NCBI GenBank assembly: GCA_013416795.1
Contig: RQSC01000007.1
Span: 265,836-313,027, forward strand
Length of the DNA: 47,192 bases
Direction of reading: 5' to 3'
From: Prasinococcaceae sp. CCMP 1430
Lineage: Eukaryota; Plantae; Prasinodermophyta
Under the pieces are notes generated by a model, which did not search any database, had not been told where the DNA came from, and worked only from the letters and a program-made list of their open reading frames with translations. Below, in pieces: positions 1 through 11,686 of this stretch. The position numbers and the translations under genes are program-made. Every line of letters starts with the position of its first letter. The stretch's first letter is position 1.

Positions 1-1130
1 GCGCGCGCGCTGTGGCCCGCGGCGCGCGCGCGGCGCGCGCACCACCGATGCCTGCCGCCCGCCATCAAAACGCATCTGCAAAATTCGAATGCAATCTGAT
101 GTGCCCGCCATCAAAACGCATTGCGGTTACGGGCGGCATCCGGCGACTCTCCTCGGGGGGATTTTCGGGGCGCAGCTCGCGAGAAAGGGAGGTTTGGGGT
201 TGGGGTTTTTGCGAAGGGTTCACAGACGTCTGAGAGAGAGCTCGGCGCCGCAGAGGCCGGACTCGGACTCGCCGTGGATGTCGGGGCAGTTAGACGGCGG
301 CCTCGGCAGCGGCGTGGTGGCGCCCGCCCACACCCGCACGTCGGGCGGACCGGCGGCGTGCAGCACGCGCACACGCGCGCAATTTTGCATGCACAGACGT
401 GCGCACGCACGCGACACGCACAGAGAGGGAGGGAGACGACTCTCAATGAATGGTCCTTACCCCGCGAGCCTCCCCAGCCGGAAGGCGCGCGCCACCTCCC
501 TGCCGAGCGGCCTCACGAGCACCGCGTAGGCGCCCGCCTCGGCGCCCTCGCGCGCGTGCGCGGCGTGCTCCGCGCGCGCCAGCGGGAAGGCGTCGAGGCG
601 CTGCAGCTCGCGCTTCTCGGAAGCGAGACTCTCGAAGGAGCGCGAGGCAGACGCCGCGCCGCCGCCGCGCTCAGCAAGCGCGCCGTGCGCGGCCACCACC
701 TGCAGTGCGTGCGCGTGCGCGTGTACGTATGAGCGGGCGCGGGCGCATGCGTGAGCGTGTGCACGCGTGCGCGCGCGCGCGCGCGTGCGTATGTCTACGC
801 GCGGGTGCGCGCGCGCACACACTCGCGCGCGCACGCGCATGGCCCAACGCGCGCACGCACCTCCTCGTACTTGGCCCTGTCGCCACCCCTATCCGGGTGG
901 TGCTGCGCGGCGAGCCGTCGGTACGCTTTGCGCACCTCGGCAGGGGACTCGTCGCCGCGAAGGCCGAGTGCCGCCAGGTCGCGCGTGCGCGCCGCACCGC
1001 GCCCGCTCCCGTCCGACAGCGCGTCGTACGCCGCGGCGAAGGACGACATGGGCTCCAGGAGCACCTGCGCGTGCGCGCGCGCGTGTGTTCATGTGGGTGT
1101 GCGTGCATGTGTGTGTTCATGTGGGTGTGC

Positions 1131-1184
<54 letters not shown>

Positions 1185-2501
1185 GCGTGCAAGCATGAGC
1201 ACATGGGCGACGTGTGTGGGCATTGCACCCATGTGCTCGTGCCAAGTCGCGCGCACACGCGCATGCACGCGCGCGCGTGCGCCCTCACCTCGAGTCTGTC
1301 GAGCACCTCCTCCGGCGCGGCGCGCCCCCCGCAGACGGCCGCCGCGCACGCGCGCACGGCGGCGCGCGCGTGCGCGCGCGCTGTGGCCCGCGGCGCGCGC
1401 GCGGCGCGCGCACCACCGATGCCTGCCGCCCGCCATCAAAACGCATCTGCAAAATTCGAATGCAATCTGATGTGCCCGCCATCAAAACGCATTGCGGTTA
1501 CGGGCGGCATCCGGCGACTCTCCTCGGGGGGATTTTCGGGGCGCAGCTCGCGAGAAAGGGAGGTTTGGGGTTGGGGTTTTTGCGAAGGGTTCACAGACGT
1601 CTGAGAGAGAGCTCGGCGCCGCAGAGGCCGGACTCGGACTCGCCGTGGATGTCGGGGCAGTTAGACGGCGGCCTCGGCAGCGGCGTGGTGGCGCCCGCCC
1701 ACACCCGCACGTCGGGCGGACCGGCGGCGTGCAGCACGCGCACACGCGCGCAATTTTGCATGCACAGACGTGCGCACGCACGCGACACGCACAGAGAGGG
1801 AGGGAGACGACTCTCAATGAATGGTCCTTACCCCGCGAGCCTCCCCAGCCGGAAGGCGCGCGCCACCTCCCTGCCGAGCGGCCTCACGAGCACCGCGTAG
1901 GCGCCCGCCTCGGCGCCCTCGCGCGCGTGCGCGGCGTGCTCCGCGCGCGCCAGCGGGAAGGCGTCGAGGCGCTGCAGCTCGCGCTTCTCGGAAGCGAGAC
2001 TCTCGAAGGAGCGCGAGGCAGACGCCGCGCCGCCGCCGCGCTCAGCAAGCGCGCCGTGCGCGGCCACCACCTGCAGTGCGTGCGCGTGCGCGTGTACGTA
2101 TGAGCGGGCGCGGGCGCATGCGTGAGCGTGTGCACGCGTGCGCGCGCGCGCGCGCGTGCGTATGTCTACGCGCGGGTGCGCGCGCGCACACACTCGCGCG
2201 CGCACGCGCATGGCCCAACGCGCGCACGCACCTCCTCGTACTTGGCCCTGTCGCCACCCCTATCCGGGTGGTGCTGCGCGGCGAGCCGTCGGTACGCTTT
2301 GCGCACCTCGGCAGGGGACTCGTCGCCGCGAAGGCCGAGTGCCGCCAGGTCGCGCGTGCGCGCCGCACCGCGCCCGCTCCCGTCCGACAGCGCGTCGTAC
2401 GCCGCGGCGAAGGACGACATGGGCTCCAGGAGCACCTGCGCGTGCGCGCGCGCGTGTGTTCATGTGGGTGTGCGTGCATGTGTGTGTTCATGTGGGTGTG
2501 C

Positions 2502-2555
<54 letters not shown>

Positions 2556-2742
2556 GCGTGCAAGCATGAGCACATGGGCGACGTGTGTGGGCATTGCACC
2601 CATGTGCTCGTGCCAAGTCGCGCGCACACGCGCATGCACGCGCGCGCGTGCGCCCTCACCTCGAGTCTGTCGAGCACCTCCTCCGGCGCGGCGCGCCCCC
2701 CGCAGACGGCCGCCGCGCACGCGCGCACGGCGGCGCGCGCGT
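1..2742. repeat. Apparently identical head-to-tail duplication, unit 1371 bp (1-1371 and 1372-2742)
   Basis: All ORFs recur at a constant +1371 offset (e.g. 111..446 / 1482..1817; 795..1064 / 2166..2435), so even microsatellite lengths match. Identity ends at 2742/2743. The junction lies in a (GC)n-like tract. Confidence 0.95.
457..1371 (-). pseudogene. 5'-truncated duplicate of the 3' end of the J-domain gene (or assembly duplicate)
   Basis: Copies of exons at 1371-1289 (truncated mid-exon), 1064-861 and 699-457. No upstream exons are present in this copy. Confidence 0.75.
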
Positions 2743-3981
2743 CTCCCGCGCCGCGCAGCTCGCGCGGCACGCCCGAGGCAACGCGAGGCGCCGCGCCGTC
2801 CGCGCGGTGCACGAGCTCGTTGGCAACGGTGCCCATGCCGTCTCCGAGGGCGCCGGCCTCGCCGCCGGACCACTGCGCGGCCTGCGCATACACGCGTGCG
2901 TGGATGCGTGCGTGCGCGCGCGCGTGCGCGCGCGAGCGCGCGTGTGTGTGTGCGGAAGTGTGTCAGACGCGACGCGTCAGCGCGGCGCATGCATGCGCAC
3001 ACGCGCACGCACGCGCACACGCGCACGCGCACGCGCGCACGCGCACACGCGCGCTCTCATCGGCGCACCTCGACGAGCGCAAGCTCCGCGACGGGCACCC
3101 ATTCCGCGAGGCCGCGCGCGGGCTCGCCGCCGCCCTCCGGCGCGTGGCGCACCGACGCGACGTATTCGCGCGGCGCGTCCCCGGCCGCCGCGCACGCGGC
3201 AAGCGCCGCCGCGTACGCGCGCTCGTGCGCGCGCGCCAGCGCAGCGGGGTCGGCCACGCGTGCGCGCGGCTGTGCGTGCGTGCGAGTGCGCGTGTGTGTA
3301 TGTGTGTGCGCGCGAGCGTGTGTGTGTGTGTGTGTGTGTGTGAGGGTGTGCGTCAGCACGTGCGTATGTGCACGTGCGCATGCGCGCGTGCGTGTGCATG
3401 TGCATGTGCATGTGCATGTGCATGTGAGTGTATTTGTGCATGTGCGCATGTGTGTGGTGTGTGCGTATGCACATGTGTGCGTGTACGTGCGCACCTTGGC
3501 GGCGCCGAAGCCCTTCTTCCCCTTCTTCCCCTTCTTCCCCTTCTTCGCGGGTGCCGTCGCCGCCTTCGCCGCCTTCGCTTTGGCCGCCTTCGGCTTCACC
3601 GCGTGGGCGTTCCCGTCGGCGTCGGCGTCGGCCTCCGCCGCCACCGGCACGAAGTCCGCAGCGAGCACCTCCGCACCGCCCACGACGACGTCAGAGCCCT
3701 CTTCGACGGCGTTGGAGCCCTCTTCGACGACCTCAGACGCCTCCTCGACGGCGTTGAATGCGTCCTCGACGGCATTGAATGCGTCTGTCTCTTCGGCAGC
3801 GTCGGAGCGCTCCTCGACGGCGGCGGCGCGGAAGCGCGCGGCGACGTCCTCCAGCGACGCCGGCGCTGCGCCCGCGGGGGCGGCGGGCGCGCTACGTGTG
3901 TGTGCGCGCGTGTGTGTGTGCGCGAGCGGGCGTGTGTGCGTGACACGTGTGAGCGTGCGTGTGTGCATGCGTGCGTGTGCG

Positions 3982-4035
<54 letters not shown>

Positions 4036-4228
4036 CGCGCGCGTGTGTGTGCGTGCGTGTACGCGCGCGTGCGCACGCGCGCTCGCGAAGAGTGCGCACC
4101 TTTCCGCAGCAAGGAGCTCTGCGCGCCTCTCCACGAAGGCCTCCACCACGTCGGCGTCCGCCAGCGCCGCGCCCACCGCGCCGAGCAGCGCGCCCGTTCG
4201 CGCACCCACGCCGCCGCCCTCCTCGCCC
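1828..4228 (-). CDS. DnaJ/J-domain protein with C-terminal J domain; 5' end lost in the N gap
   Basis: Phase-consistent GT-AG exons <4228-4100, 3891-3495, 3269-3069, 2881-2660, 2435-2232, 2070-1828. The spliced product contains [47 protein letters not shown] (HPD motif), plus acidic repeats and a KKG repeat upstream. Confidence 0.8.
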
Positions 4229-4662
4229 NNNNNNNNNNNNNNNNNNNNNNNNNNNNNNNNNNNNNNNNNNNNNNNNNNNNNNNNNNNNNNNNNNNNNNNN
4301 NNNNNNNNNNNNNNNNNNNNNNNNNNNNNNNNNNNNNNNNNNNNNNNNNNNNNNNNNNNNNNNNNNNNNNNNNNNNNNNNNNNNNNNNNNNNNNNNNNNN
4401 NNNNNNNNNNNNNNNNNNNNNNNNNNNNNNNNNNNNNNNNNNNNNNNNNNNNNNNNNNNNNNNNNNNNNNNNNNNNNNNNNNNNNNNNNNNNNNNNNNNN
4501 NNNNNNNNNNNNNNNNNNNNNNNNNNNNNNNNNNNNNNNNNNNNNNNNNNNNNNNNNNNNNNNNNNNNNNNNNNNNNNNNNNNNNNNNNNNNNNNNNNNN
4601 NNNNNNNNNNNNNNNNNNNNNNNNNNNNNNNNNNNNNNNNNNNNNNNNNNNNNNNNNNNNNN
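4229..4662. other. Assembly gap (run of N, about 434 nt)
   Basis: N run directly visible, followed by a long (CA)n tract. Confidence 0.97.
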
Positions 4663-4737
<75 letters not shown>

Positions 4738-4750
4738 GCACACACACACA
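4663..4750. repeat. (CA)n microsatellite flanking the gap
   Basis: About 70 nt of perfect CA repeat, then degenerate CA/CG. Confidence 0.95.
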
Positions 4751-5379
4751 CAGGCACACGCACACACGCCGCCACGCGCGCGCCGGCGCGCGGCGGCCTG
4801 CCGGCGGCCGGCGCGGCTGCCATCCGCAAACCCTCGCCGGAGATTCCGGTATCTCACCTCTATATGGAGCACATGTATACCAACGGGAGACTGAAGGGTA
4901 TATTTACGCCGTGCTCCGCGAATGTGAGTCACGAATTGACGTGGTTTGGCGGCGCTGCCGACGGCGAAAGCGCGCGCCGCAGATTTGTTCGACGGCCGTT
5001 CGTTCCCCCGGGCAGACTGACAACGTCGCTCTCGCGGGCGAGTGGTGTGTGTGCGTGTGTATGCGCGTACGCGTGGCCACGCGTTGGCGCGCCACACGCC
5101 GCACGCGCGGCGCGCGGCGCGTGGCGCGCACGGCGCTTCGACCCCGTCTCTCTCCCCTGCCTGTCAGTCTCTATGCGCGCGCGCGCCTACACAGTGTGTG
5201 TGCGTGCACCCTGGTGCCGTCGAACCGGTACGTGTAATTTGCCAGTGTACAGAAGCAGCGCGCACACGCGCAGTGCTTGTGCGTGCGCGCGCGCGAGTAC
5301 GCGCGCGCGTGTGTTTGCTCGCGTCTGCGTGCGTGTCTCCGCGTGCGTGCGTGCGAACGAGCGCGTGTGCGCGCGCGCG

Positions 5380-7077
5380 TCACAGCGCGAGGTCGAACGG
5401 CTCGTCGCCGACGTCCTCGAAGCGGTACACGCTTCCGAAGAAGTCGGTGGCGAGGATCTCGTCAGCGCCGCGGCCGGCGAGCTCCGCGCGCAGCGCCGGC
5501 GTTGAACCGATGGCACGCGGCGTGGCGCCCGCGAAGAGCTCCGCGAGCGTCAGCGCCGAGTCCGGCGCCACGTTCTCAGCCGCGCCCAGCACGGCGTGTG
5601 TCCACCTGCCGACGGTGCCGACGCCACGCGCGGCGGCGGCGAGGAAATGGGCGGGGGGGAGGGACGAGTGTGCGCGTGCACGCGCGCGCGCGCGTGTACG
5701 CGTGCGTGTGTGTGTTAGTGTGCATGCATGCGTGCGTGCGTGCGTGGTCTGTGCGTGCGGGCGGGCGCTTGCGCGCGCACCTGTCGATGGTGGCGACCCC
5801 GAGCTTCGAGTCGGTGGGGAGCGAGTACGAGTTCTCACCCTTCGCGGAGCTCGCCGCTCCCACGACACCGCGCGTGGTGAAGCGCTCGAGCAGCGTGGTC
5901 GCCTTCGGTTGCACGCATGCGCATGCGTACGGGCGTGTGCGGGCGCTCGCGCGTCAGTGCCTGCACGCATGCGTGCGCGCGCGCGTGTGCAAGTGCATGT
6001 GCATGTGCATGTGTTGGTGTGTTTCGCATGTGTGCACGTGTGCGCGGGTGTGATACGTGTGTTGCCGACCGCGCACTGCGCGCGGGTGCGCGCGCGCCGC
6101 TCACCTGGCAGGTGTCCACCATGAAGAGCATCTCGTTGAAGCGCCGCTGCGCGCGCATTTGCGCGACGGCTGAGGCGAAGTCGTGTGCGCTCGCCTCGGT
6201 CTTGTCGAGAAACTTGAGGAACTCGTCGCCGCCGTGTCCCGACAGGAACACGAGCACGTTTGAGGCAGCGTCGGTGGGCAACGTGCGCGAGCGCGGCGTA
6301 CCCGGCGGGTGACGGCCCGTGAGAACGCGCAGTAGCGCCTGTGCGCGCGCGCGTGTCAGTACGCTTGCGCTTGCGTACGCGCGCGTGCGTTTGTGCGACT
6401 TCGCACACATGCGCACCTCCGAGGACGCCTCGTACCCGCGGTAGTCCACCTCGATGGACTCGCCGTACAGGTTGGGGTTGGAACCCGCGCCCGCGCCTGC
6501 CGCCCCACCGGCGTACACAGCGGGCGCCAGCGCGTTGCGCGCGTCGCAGGCCACGTCGTCGCCCAGCATAAGCACGATGCGCTCATCGGGCACGCCCAGC
6601 CGCTTCACCGTGCGGTACATCGCCAGCGTGTTGGCCACGTGGCGGTAGTTGAACCAGTAGCGACTCGTGCACGCGAGCACCGCCTTGCGTGCGCGTGTGT
6701 GCGCGCATGCGTGCGTGCATGCGTGTGTGTACGTGTGTGTGTGAGACACGGATGGTTGGTTGGGTGCGCATCGGCGCAGATGCGAGATTGCGAATAGGCG
6801 CGCACGTGCGTGTCCGCATGAGCTGGGCGCCACAGGCTGGCGGTGCGGTACTAAAGCACGCGCCCGCGCGCGCGGATAACGCACCCACGTCGAAGTGTGG
6901 TTGCCACCAAAGGCTGCCGCCGCCTCTGCGGCAGCCTGCGCCGCTGAGCCTGCGTGGACAGCTCTCGCGCGCCCCGCGGTCGCGGCCCCATCGCCCGCCC
7001 CCGCCGGCGCCGCCGCCGCCAGTGCGCCCTGCCGCCCCCCCTCCCCCCCCCCGCGCCCGCCACGCGCGCTGTGCCAT
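5380..7077 (-). CDS. GPI8: GPI-anchor transamidase catalytic subunit (PIG-K/GPI8, peptidase C13)
   Basis: Exons ~7077-6885, 6683-6417, 6338-6105, 5902-5781, 5605-5380. The product has HTSTW/AVLACTSRYWFNYRHVANTL, VDYRGYE, catalytic SGHGGDEFLKF and VDTCQ, GENSYS and TDFFGSV. The start is uncertain: ATGs at 7084/7081/7077 are out of frame across a G/C homopolymer. Confidence 0.93.
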
Positions 7078-7079
7078 GC

Positions 7080-7190
7080 ATCATCGTTTAGGTTTTGCTC
7101 AAGCAACTGGAACGTTTTGAGGTCAGAAAATAGGGTTAGAATTTATTTGAACCCTAAAGGAATGTGATTTGACCTGTGGGTTCGATGGGG
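7080..7190. promoter_or_regulatory. AT-rich island between divergent GPI8 and TRAP-alpha genes, with telo-box-like motifs
   Basis: Sharp GC drop; TTTAGGTTTT 7087-7096, TAGGGTTAG 7131-7139, AACCCTAAA 7150-7158. Confidence 0.65.
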
Positions 7191-7340
7191 TCGCTGGCAG
7201 GCGGCGCCGCGTGGGCGGGCCGCGCGCCACACCTCGCCCCCTCCCTCCCTCCCTCCCTCTCTCCCGACCAGGCCGCCCCTCCAGGGGACGCGGGCGTGCG
7301 CTGAGGGGCAGCGTTCCCTCTGAAGACTCCGGCGGGGGCG

Positions 7341-8778
7341 ATGGGACCGATCGCGCGCCGCGCGCGCGCGGTGGCGGCGGCGGCGGCAGGTGCGCGTCGC
7401 GCGATGCGCGGGCGCGAGCGCGCCCGCGACTGCGCGGGCGCTGGCACGCGTGCAAGCGTGCGTGCGTGCGTGAGTGCGTGCGCGTGTGCGTGTTTGCGGG
7501 CGCAAGTGGCCGATCACATCGTGCACGCTCGCGTCGCGCGGCTGCGTGCCTCCGTGGGTGGGTGCGCGGGGACGGCCTTCGTGTCGCGCTCGCGATCGCG
7601 CGGCGCAACGACGCCCGATCGGCAGCAGCGGCGCCGTATGTGTGCGCCCTGCGGCCTCCCGCGCGAGTTCCGCGCCCACGCGGCCAGTCTGCGCGCGCGC
7701 ACCTGCTCGCCCGCGTGCGCACGCCCAACGCGCCTGCCTATGCCCGCGCGCATTCCCCACATCAGCATTCTCACGCTCGCACGCGCTTGCATGCGCACGG
7801 ACCCCCCGTCCATGCACACAACTACCACATACGCACATACATACGCACACGCAGTCGCGCTCGCGCTTGCGCTCGCCCCCCTCCCGCGCGCGCTGTGCGC
7901 CGCGGAGGAGGGCGCGGCCGACTTCGATGCGGCGGCCGATCCCGCAAATGCGGCCGAGTCGGCCGAGGCGGCGCTGGCGCGTCGCCGGAGTGAGTACGTG
8001 CACGGCCCGCGCCCGCACCCTCTGACGGACATGGCGCCGTCGATGGAGGGCGTCGCCGTGACGTACACGCTGCCCGCCGTGGACAAGCTGGTCTTCCCCG
8101 CGGGCGAACCCGTCAGCGTGCTCGCGGGCGTGCACAACGGCGGCGCGCATGCCATCAACGTCTCGATGGCAATCGCGAGCCTCAACGCCGCCTACGACTT
8201 CAGCCTGCACGTGCAGAACTTCTCGGCGGCCCTCTACGGCACCGGTGTGTACACGCGCGCACACGCGCTTGCTCGCACGCGACCTGGGGCGCGAACCACA
8301 CGCGCGCTCGCGCGCATACTGACGCGCGCACGCGCGTGCAGCCGTTGAGGTTGGGCAGGAGGCGAGCTTCGCGTACACGTTTGTCCCTGCGGCATCCCTA
8401 CGCCCGTCGGAGTTCTTCGCGGCCGTGACGCTCTTCTACCACGACTCCGAGCTGGTGTACACCGACACCTTCTTCAACGAGACGTTCGAGCTGGTGGAGC
8501 GCCCCGGCGTGGACTCGGAGCTGCTGCTCATGGCTGGCACGGCGGCCGCGCTCGTCGTGTTCGGCGCGTTCGCGTACAACTTCCTCGGGGACGACGAGGA
8601 GAAGGCCGCCAAGGCCGCGGCCGTGAAGGCGCGCGCGGAGGCGAAGGCGCGCGCCGCAGCGCCGCCCAGCGACGGCACGGAGTGGCTGAAGGGCACGGCC
8701 GCCGATGCGGCGGGGGCGGGCGCCACAGGCGGCGGTGGCGGCCACAGGCGCGGCAAGAAGAAGGGGGGGCGCAAGTGA
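7341..8778 (+). CDS. SSR1: Translocon-associated protein subunit alpha (TRAP-alpha/SSR1)
   Basis: Exons 7341-7389, 7855-8244, 8342-8778. Splicing yields signal peptide MGPIARRARAVAAAAAVALALALAPLPRALCA, then FPAGEPVSVLAGVHN, HVQNFS, ASFAYTF, FFNETFELVE, a TM helix and EWLKGT with a basic tail. Confidence 0.88.
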
Positions 8779-9084
8779 GCGCGCAGCTCGCGCACGCTCG
8801 CAGACACGCATTCGCGCACGCGCACGCACTCGCACGTGGTCGATCGCGTGCGCAACAGTGAAACGTACAGTGTGTAATGTGCCTCGCTCGTTCACGCGGC
8901 TCGCGGCGCGTCGCCGCGCGCCCGCGCACCATCGCCCGCTGCGCGAGGCGCGCCTGCTCGAGAGCCTGCCCGCGGTGCCTCGCAGCTTGCTCGCGCTCGC
9001 GCGCCGTCGGTCCGCGCTCGGCGCGAGCTCGCGACGAACCCCGACGGACCGCGGCGCGCTCGAGACGATACCATGATGGGGCGA

Positions 9085-9195
9085 AAATTCATTAGTTCCA
9101 CCCGGCGAGGCCATTCAGGGTTTATGATTTGTTCATCATTTGATCTATGTGAGTCGCGTGGAGGGTGTTTAGGTTTGGGATGAACCCCAAACGCG
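9085..9195. promoter_or_regulatory. AT-rich island upstream of the PACRG-like gene
   Basis: GC drop with CAGGGTTTA 9116-9124, TTTAGGTTTGGG 9168-9179 and AACCCCAAA 9183-9191. Confidence 0.55.
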
Positions 9196-9290
9196 CGCGC
9201 GGCGGGAACCCCCGCGCGAATTTGACCGCGCCGCGCAGCGCTCGGGGAACCGGCGCGTGTTGCGCGCGCGCCGGGGCGCGGGTGCGCGCC

Positions 9291-9470
9291 TCTCTCTCTC
9301 TCTATCTGTGTGTGTGTGTGTGTGTACGTGTGTGTGTGTGTGCGTGCGTGCGTGTGTGTGTGTGTGCGTGCGTGCGTGTGTGTGTGCGTGCGTGCGTGTG
9401 TGTGTGTGTGCGTGCGTGCGTGTGTGTGTGTGCGTGCGTGCGTGTGTGTGTGTGTGTGTGTGTGCGCGCG
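9291..9470. repeat. Compound (CT)n-(GT)n/(GCGT)n microsatellite in the presumed 5' UTR
   Basis: Directly visible, about 180 nt. Confidence 0.9.
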
Positions 9471-9517
9471 TACGTACGCTCCCGGCACACCGCGGCGCGG
9501 TGGCGCCCGGCGCCGCG

Positions 9518-10898
9518 ATGTCGTCCACGTCCGCGTCCACGTCATCGGCGTCGCTGTCGCTGCGCTCGGCGAGCCTCAGCTCGGCGGGCAGCGGCGCCGC
9601 CGCGCGCTCGTCGCCCCACGCGTCGCTGCGGACGACAAGAACCGCCTCGCGAGGCTCAGATGACGTGCGCGACGTCGACCCCACGCCGTTCACGGTCGGC
9701 AAGGAGGTGTGCCCGGCGCAGCCACTGCGCGCTCCTACGCGCACCCGCGCACGAACAAGTACACCCACGCACGCACTCCTACGCATGCGCTCGCGCGCGC
9801 GCACACACACAGACACACACACTTACGCGCGCACGCACGCATGCACACATACACGCGCGCGCGCGCCCCCCGCATGCGCGCGCCGCCCAGGTGGACACCA
9901 ACCGTCGCGACGCGGACGTGCCGCCGCGCTTCTACGTGAACGTGTCGCACTACACCCCAGCGGCGCGCTACAAGGCGCTCGAGCTGCACCTCGAGACCGA
10001 CTTCGAGCGCGCGCTGGCGGCGGGGTTGCTGCCGTTCACCGTCGCGGCGGAAACGGCGGAGGACAGCCTGGAGTGGCGGGTGGCGGCCGCCGACGTCGAC
10101 GTCGGGGAGGAGCTGCCGAGGCTGCTGCGGGGCGTGCGCGCCGCGGCGCGCCCGGCGGCGTTCGCGGCGTTTGCGGGAGCGTTGGCAGTGCTCGAGGCGT
10201 GCAGGCGGGAGCCGCGGCGGAGGCGCGTAGCAGCTATGCTCGCCGCGGGCCATGCGGCGGGGAAGGTGCGCACGTGCGCGCGCGCATGCGCATGGTGCGT
10301 GCGACGGGCGTCCGCGTGGCGCGAATGCACACTAACACACACGCACACACACCACCGCGGTGGTGCAGGCGGCGCCGTTCGTGTCGGCCGTGCGCGCGGC
10401 GCTCGCCTCCCCCTCTCGAAAGGCCAACGCCGACATGATGGTGCTGCTGCGCGCGCTCGCGACGTGCGAGCCCGCCGTGGCCGCGCCGCTCGCGCCGCTG
10501 CTCAAGCGCCTGCTGCCCTCGCTGCTGCGCCTCGCGGACGACCAAAACACCGTCGAGGCGGGCTATGCAGGCCTCAAGGTGAGACTTGAGATCTCAGGAC
10601 TTCGATGGACACGCACCACACACGTAGGCGTGTGTGTGCGTGTGTGTGCGTGTGTATGTTTGTGTGTGCCTGCGTACGTATCCGCTATCATCCGTACACA
10701 CTCATCGCGCTGACGTACTCTCGCCACCTACCCAAGGGCGCCGGGAGGAGGCGCGTCGTGCCAATGTCAACGCTCGTGGAAGAACTGCTCGCGGCGTTGC
10801 AGGAGAGCGTCGGCTGGCCAGCGTATAGGGCCATCAGGTCCTTCTGGCCGCTCTACGTTGACCTCGACTTTGAGGCGCGCATGCGCGGGCGGACGTGA
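9518..10898 (+). CDS. Parkin co-regulated (PACRG/ParcG)-like protein
   Basis: Phase-0 exons 9518-9706, 9891-10265, 10369-10578, 10737-10898, with branch points ACTAAC ~10331 and CTGAC ~10710. [45 protein letters not shown] and [21 protein letters not shown] follow the PACRG-family pattern. Confidence 0.72.
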
Positions 10899-11115
10899 CA
10901 GGAAACGCGCTAGCGCGCACACACAGACGCACGCGCGCGTGAACACACACAAACACACGCACATGCGTACGCACACACACACACACATGCATACATGCAT
11001 GCATGCATGCATGCATGCACGCGTGCACGCACACACAGAAGCGCGCGCGCGCGCGCACGCGCGAGGATTTGAATGCATCGCCTGCACCCGCCAACGTTTA
11101 CGGGCCGTTCGCGCC

Positions 11116-11650
11116 TCACCCGACGTTCCTGCGCTGCCAGCTGAGCATGGACGCGCTCATGCCGGCGGTGGCGCGCTTGACCTGCCGCGCGCGCGCCGCC
11201 TCGCGCGCGGCCAGCGCCGCGCGCTCTGCCGCGGCCGCCTTCGGGTCCTTGCTTGGGATGGACGCCTTCGAGGCGCCCTTTCCCAAAGGCGCGGGCTTGG
11301 ACACGCCCGCACCCTTGTATGTGTGTGTGTGTGCGTGTGTGTCAGAAACAAATCATAAGCGCACGCGCACGCCCACGCCCGCGCGACTGCGCGCGCACCT
11401 TCGGCCGCAGCGCCGCCGCGCCCCTCACGCTCTTCGCGGCGGCCAGGTTGGATGCCAGCGCGGCCTCCCTCTCCTCCCGCTGCGCGTCCATCCCCTCGCG
11501 CGTGCCCGCCGCGGCAGCCGCCGCGCGCGGCAGCGTCGGCGGCGGCCGGCGCGGCGGCGGCTGGCGCGGCGGCGCCACTGCCACCGCCGGTCTTCTTGAG
11601 CGGGTCCTCGCCCGACCACGCGCCAGTCGCACTGTCGTAGAATAGCTTGC

Positions 11651-11686
<36 letters not shown>

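Noticed and set aside
57-121. Repeat-spacer-repeat resembling a CRISPR unit
   Set aside because: Only two 19-bp units, eukaryotic context and no cas genes.
1821-5505. 1138-aa and 1127-aa plus-strand ORFs, and similar long [12 protein letters not shown] ORFs up to 19 kb
   Set aside because: They are stop-free only because of dinucleotide repeats, high GC and Ns; the real genes are spliced, often on the opposite strand.
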